A stretch of 64,000 bases of DNA, from the NCBI GenBank assembly GCA_963666275.2, contig CAXXOA010000001.1, forward strand, positions 448,001-512,000, given 5' to 3'. Source of the stretch: Oceanispirochaeta sp. (GTDB taxonomy: Bacteria; Spirochaetota; Spirochaetia; DSM-2461). The position numbers and the translations under genes are program-made. Shown one piece after another: positions 28,676 through 38,188 of this stretch; position 1 is the first letter of the stretch, and the number at the start of each line of letters is the position of its first letter. Below the pieces are notes generated by a model. That model did no database searches, had not been told where the DNA came from, and saw nothing but the letters and a program-made list of their open reading frames with translations.

Positions 28676-29983
28676 TTATAGCAGGATTTTTTTCATATCT
28701 TCCAGCAACTCGGCCAGGTATCTGGTGAACCGCGCCGCCAGAGCTCCGTCGATGACCCGGTGGTCATAGGATAGACTCAGGGGCAGCATCAGCCGGGGAA
28801 CGAATTCCCCGTCCTCCCAGACGGGCTGCATACTGGAACGGGACAGTCCCAGGATCGCCACTTCCGGAGGATTTATGATCGGAGTAAAAGCCGTTCCCCC
28901 GATACCGCCCAGGTTGGAGATGGATATCCCCGCGCCCTGAAGATCCTTCGGAGAGAGTTTCCCGTCCCGGCCTTTTCCCGCCAGGTCTGTAATATCCTGA
29001 ACAATTTCAGTGAGAGTTTTCTTATCCACATCTTTGATCACAGGGACCAGAAGGCCCTGAGGTGTATCCACGGCAATCCCGATATTGTAATACTTTCTTA
29101 TCAGAAGGGTTCCCGAAGGCCCGTCCAGGACAGAATTGAACCGGGGGAATTCCTCCACCGCCTTATAGAGGGCTTTCACCACAAAAGCCAGAGCACTGAA
29201 TTTGACGCCGTGGATCCCTTTGTTATTCAGCTCTTTACGCCAGGTTTCCAGGTTGGTTATATCGGCCTGATCAAAATGGGTGACATGGGGTATGTTGACC
29301 CAGCTGGCATGGAGATGGGGACCCGAGATTTTCTGTATCCTTGTGAGTTCCACCTCTTCCACCGGTCCGAACTGGGAGGGATCGGACTGGGGCAGGGAAG
29401 GCAGGCCTGAAATACCGCCTGTCTGACCGGGGTTCTGAAGAACCTTTTTAATATAGTTCTGAACATCCTCTTTTTTTATCCGCCCCTTGGGGCCGGTCCC
29501 TTTCACCTGTCTCAGATCCGCGCCCAGTTCCCGGGCAAAGTGTCTGACCGAGGGGCTGGCGTGGGGCATTTTCCCTTTAGGCCTTTCCGGCGCCGGAGCA
29601 GGGGGGGGAGAGGAGGGAGCCGGCTTTTCCTTTTGGGGAGCGGGCTGTTCGGATTTAACCTCTTCCGCCGGCTTCGTCTCTTCTGCCGCGGGAGGGGTTT
29701 TCTCTTCAGCAGCCGGGGCTTTCTCCTCAGCTGAGGCTCCCTCTTCCGCTTCGGCGGTGGCAATCAGATCCCCTGTCTTCAGTTCATCCCCTTCCGCTGC
29801 CTTTATCTCTTTGATAACACAGTCAAAGGGGGCCGGGATCTCCATCACAGCCTTATCGCTTTCCAGAGCCAGGAGGGGCTCCTCTTTCTTTACACTCTGA
29901 CCGGGGGTCACAAATATTTCCGCTACAGGAATTGCATCGGAGGTTCCCAGATCAGGGACTAGTATGTCTTTTAATGCAGCCAT
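28676..29983 (-). CDS. aceF: Dihydrolipoamide acetyltransferase (E2), single lipoyl domain
   Basis: LESDKA lipoyl site, HASPSVR E3-binding domain and SYDHRVIDGA. Confidence 0.94.
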   Translation of the reverse strand: MAALKDILVPDLGTSDAIPVAEIFVTPGQSVKKEEPLLALESDKAVMEIPAPFDCVIKEIKAAEGDELKTGDLIATAEAEEGASAEEKAPAAEEKTPPAAEETKPAEEVKSEQPAPQKEKPAPSSPPPAPAPERPKGKMPHASPSVRHFARELGADLRQVKGTGPKGRIKKEDVQNYIKKVLQNPGQTGGISGLPSLPQSDPSQFGPVEEVELTRIQKISGPHLHASWVNIPHVTHFDQADITNLETWRKELNNKGIHGVKFSALAFVVKALYKAVEEFPRFNSVLDGPSGTLLIRKYYNIGIAVDTPQGLLVPVIKDVDKKTLTEIVQDITDLAGKGRDGKLSPKDLQGAGISISNLGGIGGTAFTPIINPPEVAILGLSRSSMQPVWEDGEFVPRLMLPLSLSYDHRVIDGALAARFTRYLAELLEDMKKILL

Positions 29984-29999
29984 AGTTTCTTTTCCCTCC

Positions 30000-32666
30000 T
30001 TATAAAGTCATGGGATTGGGTTTTGACGGATCAATTTTGTACTTTTTCACTGCTTTTGCCGCAACAGAGGCTTCCAGGTCTCCCTGGTCAGCCAGTCCTT
30101 TCAGGGCGGCAACGGTGATGTAGTATCTGTCTATTTCAAAGAATTTCCGCAGCTGTTCTCTCGAATCACTTCGTCCGTACCCGTCTGTTCCCAGGATGGT
30201 CAGGTTTCCGGGGATAAACCGCCTGATCTGTTCGGGATAGGCTCGAATATAGTCTGTACTGATCACCACGGGGCCCTGATGACCTTTCATCTGCTGCGTG
30301 AGATAGGGCTCTTTGGGAGTCTTGTCCGGATGTGTCAGATTCCATCGTTCACATTCCGCCCCCTCTCTGGCAAGCTGGTTGATTCCCGGGACTGACCAGA
30401 TTTCCGATTCCACATCCCAGTCCTCCTTCAGAAGGACTGCTGCCGCAAGAACTTCCTGCAGGATACTTCCGCTTCCCATAAGCTGAACGGTTTTTCCTTT
30501 TCCTTCGGCTTTCCGGAACAGATAGGCTCCCTGACGGATCCCTTCCTCCACGCCTTCGGGCATGGCCGGCTGAGGATAGTTTTCATTGGTTATGGCGATA
30601 TAGTAGAAAACACTTTCCATATCTTCGTACATCCGTTTAAGCCCGTCCTGAATAATCACGGCCAGTTCGTATCCGAAGGAAGGATCGTAAGACAGGCAGG
30701 AGGGTATGGTCGCCGCCATGATGAGGCTGTGTCCGTCTTCATGCTGCAGCCCCTCTCCGTTCAGGGTTGTCCTTCCCGAGGTAGCTCCCAGCAGGAAGCC
30801 TTTGGCCCGGATATCTCCGGCCGCCCAGGCCAGATCTCCGATCCTCTGAAAACCGAACATGGAGTAGAAAATATAGAAGGGGATCATATTGATTCCGTAG
30901 TGGGAGTAGGCCGTTCCGGCTGCCAGCCAGGAGGACATGGATCCGGCTTCGTTGATTCCCTCTTCCAGGATCTGTCCGTTCTTCTCTTCCTTGTACCACA
31001 TGACCGAATCCGAATCCTGCGGTTCATAGAGCTGACCGAAGGGGGCGTAGATTCCCAGCTGTCGGAACATACCCTCCATTCCGAAGGTCCTGGCTTCATC
31101 GGGAACGATGGGAACAACATTCTTCCCTATCTGTTTGTCCCTGGCCAGAGTACTCAGGAGCCTCACAAACGCCATGGTTGTGGACATATCTTTATCACCC
31201 GAACCTTTCAGGATGGAAGAAAAGTTTTCCAGCGGAATGGCTTTGATGGGATTGCATTCGGTATTCCGTGCGGGAAGGGGCCCGCCCAGTTTCTCTCTTG
31301 TCTCCTGCAGAAACTTCATGACTTTGCTGTCAGGTTCAGGTTTGATAAAGGGAAGATCATACACTTCATCGTCCTTCAGAGGCAGATGGAAACGGTCTCT
31401 GAATCCCTTCAGGGACTCCATGTCCATCTTTTTCTGAGAGTGGGTGGCATTGGCCGCTTCTCCCGCTGCCCCCATACCGAATCCCTTGACGGTTTTGGCA
31501 AGGATCACAGTAGGCTGACCCTTATGTTTTACAGCCGAAGCATAGGCGGCATAGACCTTCCGGGGGTCGTGTCCACCCCGGCTCAGCTTGAATATATCGT
31601 TATCACTCAGGTCCTTCACCAGCTCCAGGAGTTCCGGGTATTTACCGAAAAAGTGCTCTCTGGCGTAGGCGCCGCCCCGGGCTTTGTAGGACTGGTACTC
31701 TCCGTCAACGACTTCGTTCATCCGTTTTACCAGCAGTCCGGACTTGTCCTTTGCCAGAAGGGAATCCCATTCGGTTCCCCAGATGACTTTGATCACATTC
31801 CATCCGGCTCCCCGGAAGTTCCCTTCCAGTTCCTGGATGATTTTGCCGTTTCCCCGGACGGGGCCGTCCAGACGCTGCAGATTGCAGTTTACAACAAATA
31901 TCAGGTTATCCAGTTTCTCCCGGGCCGCCAAAGCTATGGCTCCCTGGGTTTCCGGTTCATCCGTCTCACCGTCTCCCAGGAAGGCCCATACTTTCCGTTC
32001 TCCCACATCGGCAAATCCCCGGGCTTCCATGTATTTCATGAAGCGGGCCTGATAGATGGCCTGTATCGGGCCAAGCCCCATGGATACAGTGGGGAACTGC
32101 CAGAAGTCGGGCATCAGCCAGGGATGGGGATAGGAGGACAGCCCTTTCCCCTCGGTTTCCTCTCTGAAATGATTCAGCTGTTCTTCCGTCAGCCGCCCTT
32201 CCAGAAAGGCTCTTGAATACATTCCCGGTGAGGAGTGCCCCTGAAAAAAGATCAGGTCGCTGCCGTTTTCCGCTTTGGGGCCTTTGAAAAAATAGTCAAA
32301 TCCCACTTCGTAAAGGGCCGCGCTGGAAGCGAAACTGGCGATGTGCCCTCCCAGGCCTGTTCCTTTTCTGTTGGCTTTGACAACCATGGCCATGGCATTC
32401 CATCTCACATAGGAGGCCAGGTCCCGGGCAAGCAGCGTATCACCGGGCATCTTTTCAGACTGATCCGGTGGAATCGTATTTATATAGGGGGTTGTGGCCT
32501 TGTAGGGAATCTTAATACCCATTTTTCTGGCCTGATCTATAAGATTCTGAATAAGGTAATGGGCTTTCTCATTTCCTTCTTCTGCAATAACCGCTTCGAG
32601 AGCTTCCAGCCATTCTCTGGTTTCTTCAGGATCGATATCCTCAAATAGTTCGTTGTAATCCGACAT
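30000..32666 (-). CDS. aceE: Pyruvate dehydrogenase E1, homodimeric AceE type
   Basis: DIDPEETREWL, SSYPHPWLMPDFWQFPTVSMGLGP, GDGETDEPE and GRTTLNGEGLQH; start MSDYNE at 32666. Confidence 0.96.
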   Translation of the reverse strand: MSDYNELFEDIDPEETREWLEALEAVIAEEGNEKAHYLIQNLIDQARKMGIKIPYKATTPYINTIPPDQSEKMPGDTLLARDLASYVRWNAMAMVVKANRKGTGLGGHIASFASSAALYEVGFDYFFKGPKAENGSDLIFFQGHSSPGMYSRAFLEGRLTEEQLNHFREETEGKGLSSYPHPWLMPDFWQFPTVSMGLGPIQAIYQARFMKYMEARGFADVGERKVWAFLGDGETDEPETQGAIALAAREKLDNLIFVVNCNLQRLDGPVRGNGKIIQELEGNFRGAGWNVIKVIWGTEWDSLLAKDKSGLLVKRMNEVVDGEYQSYKARGGAYAREHFFGKYPELLELVKDLSDNDIFKLSRGGHDPRKVYAAYASAVKHKGQPTVILAKTVKGFGMGAAGEAANATHSQKKMDMESLKGFRDRFHLPLKDDEVYDLPFIKPEPDSKVMKFLQETREKLGGPLPARNTECNPIKAIPLENFSSILKGSGDKDMSTTMAFVRLLSTLARDKQIGKNVVPIVPDEARTFGMEGMFRQLGIYAPFGQLYEPQDSDSVMWYKEEKNGQILEEGINEAGSMSSWLAAGTAYSHYGINMIPFYIFYSMFGFQRIGDLAWAAGDIRAKGFLLGATSGRTTLNGEGLQHEDGHSLIMAATIPSCLSYDPSFGYELAVIIQDGLKRMYEDMESVFYYIAITNENYPQPAMPEGVEEGIRQGAYLFRKAEGKGKTVQLMGSGSILQEVLAAAVLLKEDWDVESEIWSVPGINQLAREGAECERWNLTHPDKTPKEPYLTQQMKGHQGPVVISTDYIRAYPEQIRRFIPGNLTILGTDGYGRSDSREQLRKFFEIDRYYITVAALKGLADQGDLEASVAAKAVKKYKIDPSKPNPMTL

Positions 32667-32942
32667 TTTTTCCTCTCGTTGTTGTGGATTTAAGGATTGG
32701 AGATTAATTACTATCATCCTTATAGTCATAAAGGATGAGATATAAATATCTGTAATTCAAATTTTTATCCGGAAAAAAGGGGGATTTCCTCGCTTCGAAA
32801 GCAATATATTACGAAAATACTACTATTTTGTGTCTTTTCTGCAGAAACCGGACTCCTGAAGGGATTTCCCGAAAGGGCGTGTCTAAAAGGAAGAGGTCCT
32901 GTATAATTAATAGGAATGCCCAGTCCAAGGAGAATATTTTTT

Positions 32943-34787
32943 ATGAGACATTCCAGAGTCCAGAGAAAGAATCCGGTTCTTTCCGGTATCTTTTTATTAC
33001 TGCTTTCGGTTTTATTTTTCACATCCTGTGCCAGTTCTGAAGCCAGAGCCGCCAGAAGGGGAGACCTGGATGCGGTAAAGGAATTTATCGATGACGGAGG
33101 AGATGTCAATGAACGGCAGAGAGGAGGGATGACCCTTCTTATGTACGCCTCCGCCGGCGGACAGGTCCCTACCATCGATTACCTTGTCAGTGTGGGAGCT
33201 GATGTCCACATGAAAGATGACAACGGACTGACGGCTCTGATACACGGTGCCTCCTCCGGTCAGAACGGTTCGGTCAACTCCCTTCTTTCCCATGGTTCCG
33301 ATGTGAATGCCGTAACCAATTCCGGGCAGAGTGCCCTGCTGATTGCCGCATCCAGTGATTACTCCGCTCTGGTTCAGACTCTGCTGGCCGCCGGGGGGGA
33401 TTTCCGGAAAATGGATAATGCCGGATGGAACCCCCTGCTGAAGGGACTGCAGAAAAGTGCCGGCGATCCATCGGGTATCAATCAGTCTTCCATGCTGCTT
33501 TTTCAGGCCGGCGCGGATTTCCGGGTCGACGAGAAACCTGTGAGCACCGTAGCCTTCACAGCGGCCGGTTCGGGCAACCGGGATGTTTTTCAGCTCCTTC
33601 TGGACCGGGGGCTTAATCCCGGCATGACTGACAGCAAGGGAAACACTCTTCTCCATGCGGCGGCAGCCCGTCCGGAAATGCTTTCCTTCCTTATGGATCT
33701 GGGGCTGAATCCGAATATGCAGAATTCCCAGGGAGAAACCCCTCTGGTCACGGCAGTGCAGAAGGGAAATCAGAAATCCATTGAGACACTTCTGTTCAGG
33801 GGTGCCAATACGGAAATTCCCGATAAAAACAGAAAAACACCCCTCCTTCACGGAGCGCAGAGTTCTAATGTGGAAATCGTGCGGCTCCTCCTGATGAGCG
33901 GTGCCAATCCCTATATTGCAGACAATCAGGGCAACAGCGCTCTTCACCTGGCGGCCGCCGGGGGCAATACCGAAACCGTAAGACTCCTGCTGACAGCGGG
34001 AATCTTTGTGGATGCCAGGAATCTGGCAGGCCAGACCGCCTATGATCTTTCCTTTGAAAATCAGCAGTATGGTGAACAGATCCGGCAGCTCCTGATTTCA
34101 GCCGGTGCCACTGTTCCTGTTGATCCGGCTCAGGCTACCCAGGCGGCACCCGCGACCTCCGGTCCGGCGGGTTTCTCCTCCTCCGCAGCAGCGTCATCGG
34201 CAGGTCCTGCAGGGAGTGCCTCTGCTCCTTCAGCACCATCCTCAGCGGCATCTCAGCCCCAGGCTCCCACTGCGTCTTCTCAGGCTCCTGCAGCATCTAC
34301 ACAGGCTCCTGCGGCAACTACACAGGCCCCGGCAGCAACTACACAGGCTCCGACAGCAACTCAGGCCCCTGCAGCAACTACACAGGCCCCTGCAGCAACT
34401 ACACCGGCACCGACAGCAACTACACCGGCACCTGCGGCTCCTGTCGCCTTAACTTATTCCGTCCGATTCAGCTGGCCCCGGATCAATCCCTCCAGAGCCA
34501 GAGGATGGAACAACAGCGATAAAATCACAGATCAGGCTGTCCTGTCTCTTGTTTATACCGATGGAGGGAACCTTCTCTCTGAAACAGTGACAATCCCCCT
34601 GAAAGGTGTCAATGCCGATGCCTTCTATCTGGACCGGAGAGTTACCATAGAGTCGGGAAGGAGCGTGACAGGGACAGTTTCCATCAGAACCAGAATGGGC
34701 GGGACTTTAACAGGCCGGGTCAGCTCCAGTGCCGGAGAAGGCGGCAGCCTGAATCTCTCTTTCGAATCTTTTCAATACTCCCGATAA
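32943..34787 (+). CDS. Ankyrin-repeat lipoprotein with Pro/Ala/Thr-rich linker and unknown C-terminal domain
   Basis: FTSC lipobox, about 10 ankyrin repeats (G.TPL..A) and QAPAATT repeats. Start uncertain (32916 or 32943). Confidence 0.85.
   Translation: MRHSRVQRKNPVLSGIFLLLLSVLFFTSCASSEARAARRGDLDAVKEFIDDGGDVNERQRGGMTLLMYASAGGQVPTIDYLVSVGADVHMKDDNGLTALIHGASSGQNGSVNSLLSHGSDVNAVTNSGQSALLIAASSDYSALVQTLLAAGGDFRKMDNAGWNPLLKGLQKSAGDPSGINQSSMLLFQAGADFRVDEKPVSTVAFTAAGSGNRDVFQLLLDRGLNPGMTDSKGNTLLHAAAARPEMLSFLMDLGLNPNMQNSQGETPLVTAVQKGNQKSIETLLFRGANTEIPDKNRKTPLLHGAQSSNVEIVRLLLMSGANPYIADNQGNSALHLAAAGGNTETVRLLLTAGIFVDARNLAGQTAYDLSFENQQYGEQIRQLLISAGATVPVDPAQATQAAPATSGPAGFSSSAAASSAGPAGSASAPSAPSSAASQPQAPTASSQAPAASTQAPAATTQAPAATTQAPTATQAPAATTQAPAATTPAPTATTPAPAAPVALTYSVRFSWPRINPSRARGWNNSDKITDQAVLSLVYTDGGNLLSETVTIPLKGVNADAFYLDRRVTIESGRSVTGTVSIRTRMGGTLTGRVSSSAGEGGSLNLSFESFQYSR
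34260..34439 (+). repeat. Intragenic 21-bp tandem repeat (QAPAATT), about 9 degenerate units
   Basis: CAGGC(T/C)CC(T/G)GCAGCAACTACA-like units, including one 18-bp unit. Confidence 0.9.
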
Positions 34788-34795
34788 ATCCATCT

Positions 34796-34840
34796 TGCAT
34801 GTGTATTTGCCCGAAATCGGGTAAATACACATGCGAAAAA
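34796..34840. terminator. Long hairpin after the ankyrin gene (terminator-like)
   Basis: GCATGTGTATTTGCCCGA-AA-TCGGGTAAATACACATGC. Confidence 0.55.
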
Positions 34841-34901
34841 GCCCTTTTTCTGCCAGATGAATGGAAAATGACCGATATCTGATGTATACAGGGTATTGTA
34901 T

Positions 34902-35174
34902 ATGGCTGAAATTGATCTGGATGAACAGTTTAAAAACTACCTTCTCACAACCTATCCTCTTTCAGAGTCTCTCCTTATGAACATTCTTGATGATCTGGGG
35001 GAGTATTTCGGAACCTCTTTGGAGGAGTATATCCCCGCAAGGCAGCGGGAACTCCATCAGCAGGGAAAGAAGAATGATGAGATTTACAGGATTATTCAGG
35101 AAGAAGTGAAGGGGAAACTGTTTCCCGGTCCAGATCTTTCCATAAGACAGATACGAAGAGCCATTTACGGTTGA
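34902..35174 (+). CDS. Small hypothetical protein upstream of glmS
   Basis: 90-aa helical ORF ending LSIRQIRRAIYG, 27 bp before glmS. Confidence 0.75.
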   Translation: MAEIDLDEQFKNYLLTTYPLSESLLMNILDDLGEYFGTSLEEYIPARQRELHQQGKKNDEIYRIIQEEVKGKLFPGPDLSIRQIRRAIYG

Positions 35175-35201
35175 ATTTGCCTATAAAAACAGGAGAAAAG
35201 T

Positions 35202-37034
35202 ATGTGCGGTATTGTTGGATATCTGGGTAACAGGGACGCTGTTCCCGTTCTGATGCAGGGGCTGAAACAGCTGGAGTACAGAGGGTATGATTCATCGGGA
35301 ATCGGAGTGCTCCATAGAAAGAAAATCCGTGTTGTCAAAGAGAAAGGCAAACTGGATATGCTGGAGAAGAAACTGACCGAAGGCCTGGGATCCAATATCG
35401 GAATCGCCCATACAAGATGGGCAACCCATGGCGGGGTTACCACGGAAAATGCCCATCCCCATAGCGGACCGAAAGGCCTGGTTGCCGTGGTTCATAACGG
35501 TATCATTGATAACTTCGCTGTTCTGAAACAGGAACTGGAAGAGATGGGAAACACCTTCATCAGCGAAACAGACTCGGAAGTGGTGGCCCACCTTGTGGAA
35601 GCTTATATGGAACTGGGGCCTGAGCAGGCTGTCTCCAAAGCCCTCTCCCGTCTGGACGGAACCTATGGAATGCTCTTTCTTTTCCGGGATCATCCCGATC
35701 TGATTATAGGCGCCCGTAACGGAAGTCCTCTTGTTATCGGAATCGGCAAGGACGAAATGTTTTTCGCTTCCGATGCCCTGGCATTTGCCGGATACACCCA
35801 TCATGCCGTTTTTGTGGATGACGGAGAGATGGTCATCATGAACAGCAAAACCTACCGCGTTGTGAACCGGAACAATATCGTCATTGACAAGAGCGTGGAG
35901 GAACTGGTTCATCTGAAATCCAATGTGAAAGACAAGGGGAAGTACGACAGCTTCCTTGAAAAAGAGATCTTCGAGCAGCCCGACTCTGTTTTCCGTGCCA
36001 TGGGGCAGGGGGGACGGCTCCTTCCGGATTTCGGTACCGCCCTGTTAGGGGGCCTCAATATGGAGAAGCGGGAGTTTTATGACATCCGGAAAATCCATAT
36101 ACTGGCTATGGGAACTGCCATGCATGCGGGGGACCTGGCTAAATATATTATAGAAGATCTTGCACGCATTCCCGTGGAGGTCTCCGATGCTTCGGAGCTC
36201 TGCGGCGTCAATCCCATAGTCGATAAGGACACCCTTTTTATCGCCATCAGCCAGTCCGGTGAAACCCGGGATACCATCGCGGCTGTTCAGGAGATCAAAC
36301 AGAAAGGGGGCCGGGTCCTGGGAGTGATCAATGCGGTGGGTTCCACCCTGGCAAGACTGACCGACGGGGGAGCCTATATCCATGCGGGTGCCGAATACTC
36401 GGTGGCCAGTACCAAGGCTTTTACAAGTCAGGTTACAGTCCTGACCCTGCTGGCTTTGATGATCGGCCGGACAAGGGATATCTCCCTGAACAGAGGGAAG
36501 GAACTTGTCAGCGAGCTGATGCAGATTCCCGATAAAATCCGACAGATCCTGAGCCGGACCGATGAGATTAAAAAGATGGGTGAGTTCCTCAAGGATTACC
36601 AGAGTATCCTTTATATGGGACGGGGACTGAACTATCCCATTGCCAAAGAAGCGGCCCTGAAACTGAAGGAAGTTACCTATATCCATGCGGAGGCCTACAG
36701 TGCGGGCTCTCTGAAGCACGGTCCTCTGGCTCTGATCAGCGAAGAGATGCCTTCGGTCTTTATCTGTACCCGGGGAGAGTATCAGGAAAAAACCATAAGC
36801 AATATCCAGGAGGTCCGGGCCCGGAATGGCAAAGTCCTTGTGATTTCCAACTATGAGGATGAAAACCTGAGAAGTGTAGCGGATCAGCTCTTTGTGGTTC
36901 CCGAATCGGATCCTCTGCTGTCCCCGCTGCTTACCATGATCCCCTGCCAGCTGCTGGGGCTGTATGCGGCCGAAGCCCTGGGCCGGGATGTGGACCAGCC
37001 CAGAAACCTGGCCAAGTCGGTTACCACGGACTGA
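35202..37034 (+). CDS. glmS: Glutamine--fructose-6-phosphate aminotransferase
   Basis: MCGIVG, HTRWATHG, SQSGET, VASTKAFT, LKHGP and PRNLAKSVT motifs. Confidence 0.96.
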   Translation: MCGIVGYLGNRDAVPVLMQGLKQLEYRGYDSSGIGVLHRKKIRVVKEKGKLDMLEKKLTEGLGSNIGIAHTRWATHGGVTTENAHPHSGPKGLVAVVHNGIIDNFAVLKQELEEMGNTFISETDSEVVAHLVEAYMELGPEQAVSKALSRLDGTYGMLFLFRDHPDLIIGARNGSPLVIGIGKDEMFFASDALAFAGYTHHAVFVDDGEMVIMNSKTYRVVNRNNIVIDKSVEELVHLKSNVKDKGKYDSFLEKEIFEQPDSVFRAMGQGGRLLPDFGTALLGGLNMEKREFYDIRKIHILAMGTAMHAGDLAKYIIEDLARIPVEVSDASELCGVNPIVDKDTLFIAISQSGETRDTIAAVQEIKQKGGRVLGVINAVGSTLARLTDGGAYIHAGAEYSVASTKAFTSQVTVLTLLALMIGRTRDISLNRGKELVSELMQIPDKIRQILSRTDEIKKMGEFLKDYQSILYMGRGLNYPIAKEAALKLKEVTYIHAEAYSAGSLKHGPLALISEEMPSVFICTRGEYQEKTISNIQEVRARNGKVLVISNYEDENLRSVADQLFVVPESDPLLSPLLTMIPCQLLGLYAAEALGRDVDQPRNLAKSVTTD

Positions 37035-37122
37035 TCTATTAGAGTTCCACTTCTGCTTCCATGGATATCTTTCCAGCGGAAGGGGATATCCTGATATTCA
37101 TTCAGAACCAAATAATTAGATA

Positions 37123-37154
37123 GGGGAATCTGCCGGTGCAGGTTCCCTTTTTTT
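37123..37154 (+). terminator. Rho-independent terminator after glmS
   Basis: GGGGAATCTGC-CGGT-GCAGGTTCCC followed by a T run. Confidence 0.75.
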
Positions 37155-37241
37155 CTTTCTTTTTTGAATCCCCCAATAATATCTATTACAATGAATTTAT
37201 ATATTACAAATATAATAATATATTTAAAGGTGAGGTACTAT

Positions 37242-37754
37242 ATGAAAAAAATACTGACACTGATTCATAACGATTTTGAAGATCTGGAATACTGGTACCC
37301 TGTTCTGCGGCTCAGGGAAGCCGGCTATACCGTTGACGTTGCCGGAGAAGAGAAGGATTTCAAATACATAGGCAAGTACGGAGTACCCGCATTTTCCAAT
37401 TTTGCCTACACAGATGTGAATGCATCCGAATATGATGGGCTCCTTATTCCCGGGGGATGGGCGCCTGATAAAATCCGGAGATTTCCGGAAGTTCTGGAAC
37501 TGGTGAGGCAGATGGATGAAGAGGGAAAGGTTATCGGCCAGATCTGCCATGCCGGATGGGTGACCATTTCGGCGGGAATCCTGCAAGGACGGGTTGTTAC
37601 AAGTACACCGGGAATCCGGGATGATATGGAAAATGCCGGAGCCCACTGGCAGGATGAACCGGTCGTTGTGGATAAAAATCTGGTCTCCAGCCGACGGCCC
37701 CCGGATATCCCGGCTTATATGAAGGCGTATCTGGAGGTTTTGGAAGCTTTATAG
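37242..37754 (+). CDS. PfpI/DJ-1 family protein (type 1 glutamine amidotransferase-like)
   Basis: FEDLE, IPGGWAPD, ICHAGW and SSRRPPD motifs; GAGG RBS. Confidence 0.92.
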   Translation: MKKILTLIHNDFEDLEYWYPVLRLREAGYTVDVAGEEKDFKYIGKYGVPAFSNFAYTDVNASEYDGLLIPGGWAPDKIRRFPEVLELVRQMDEEGKVIGQICHAGWVTISAGILQGRVVTSTPGIRDDMENAGAHWQDEPVVVDKNLVSSRRPPDIPAYMKAYLEVLEAL

Positions 37755-38188
37755 ACAGATCCTCTATCTCCTTAAGGCGATCTCTTCCAAAACAGACTAC
37801 CATGGCCTCTCTTTCTTTTTCTGCCGGCAAAGCCTTTTCAGGACGGATCCTCCGGACAGGATAACTTTTGCAGCAAACTGAGTGTAAAGAGGTGATTCTC
37901 CTTCTTCCTTTGAACAACCATCCCATTGGACAGAAAAACTGTATCCCCCCTAAAATGGTACTTAAATGTATATTTTACGAATACGATAAACGAATATAAA
38001 TACGATGGTATCTATAGAATACGTTTAATATACTTTAAAATATCCGAAAAACATATTTTCCTATTGATTAAAACAGAGGAAATCAGTATTCTGGCAAAAT
38101 ATTTTTTGAATTATGAGTGTATAAATATTCATAATTCCTTCCGGGTAAGTGTCTTTCCCGGTTTTTTATTCTAAGTTACGAGGGTTTT

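Noticed and set aside
30729..32216. 495-aa plus-strand ORF
   Set aside because: Antisense shadow of aceE.
34788..35201. glmS ribozyme
   Set aside because: The space is occupied by a protein-coding ORF and no ribozyme core is recognisable.
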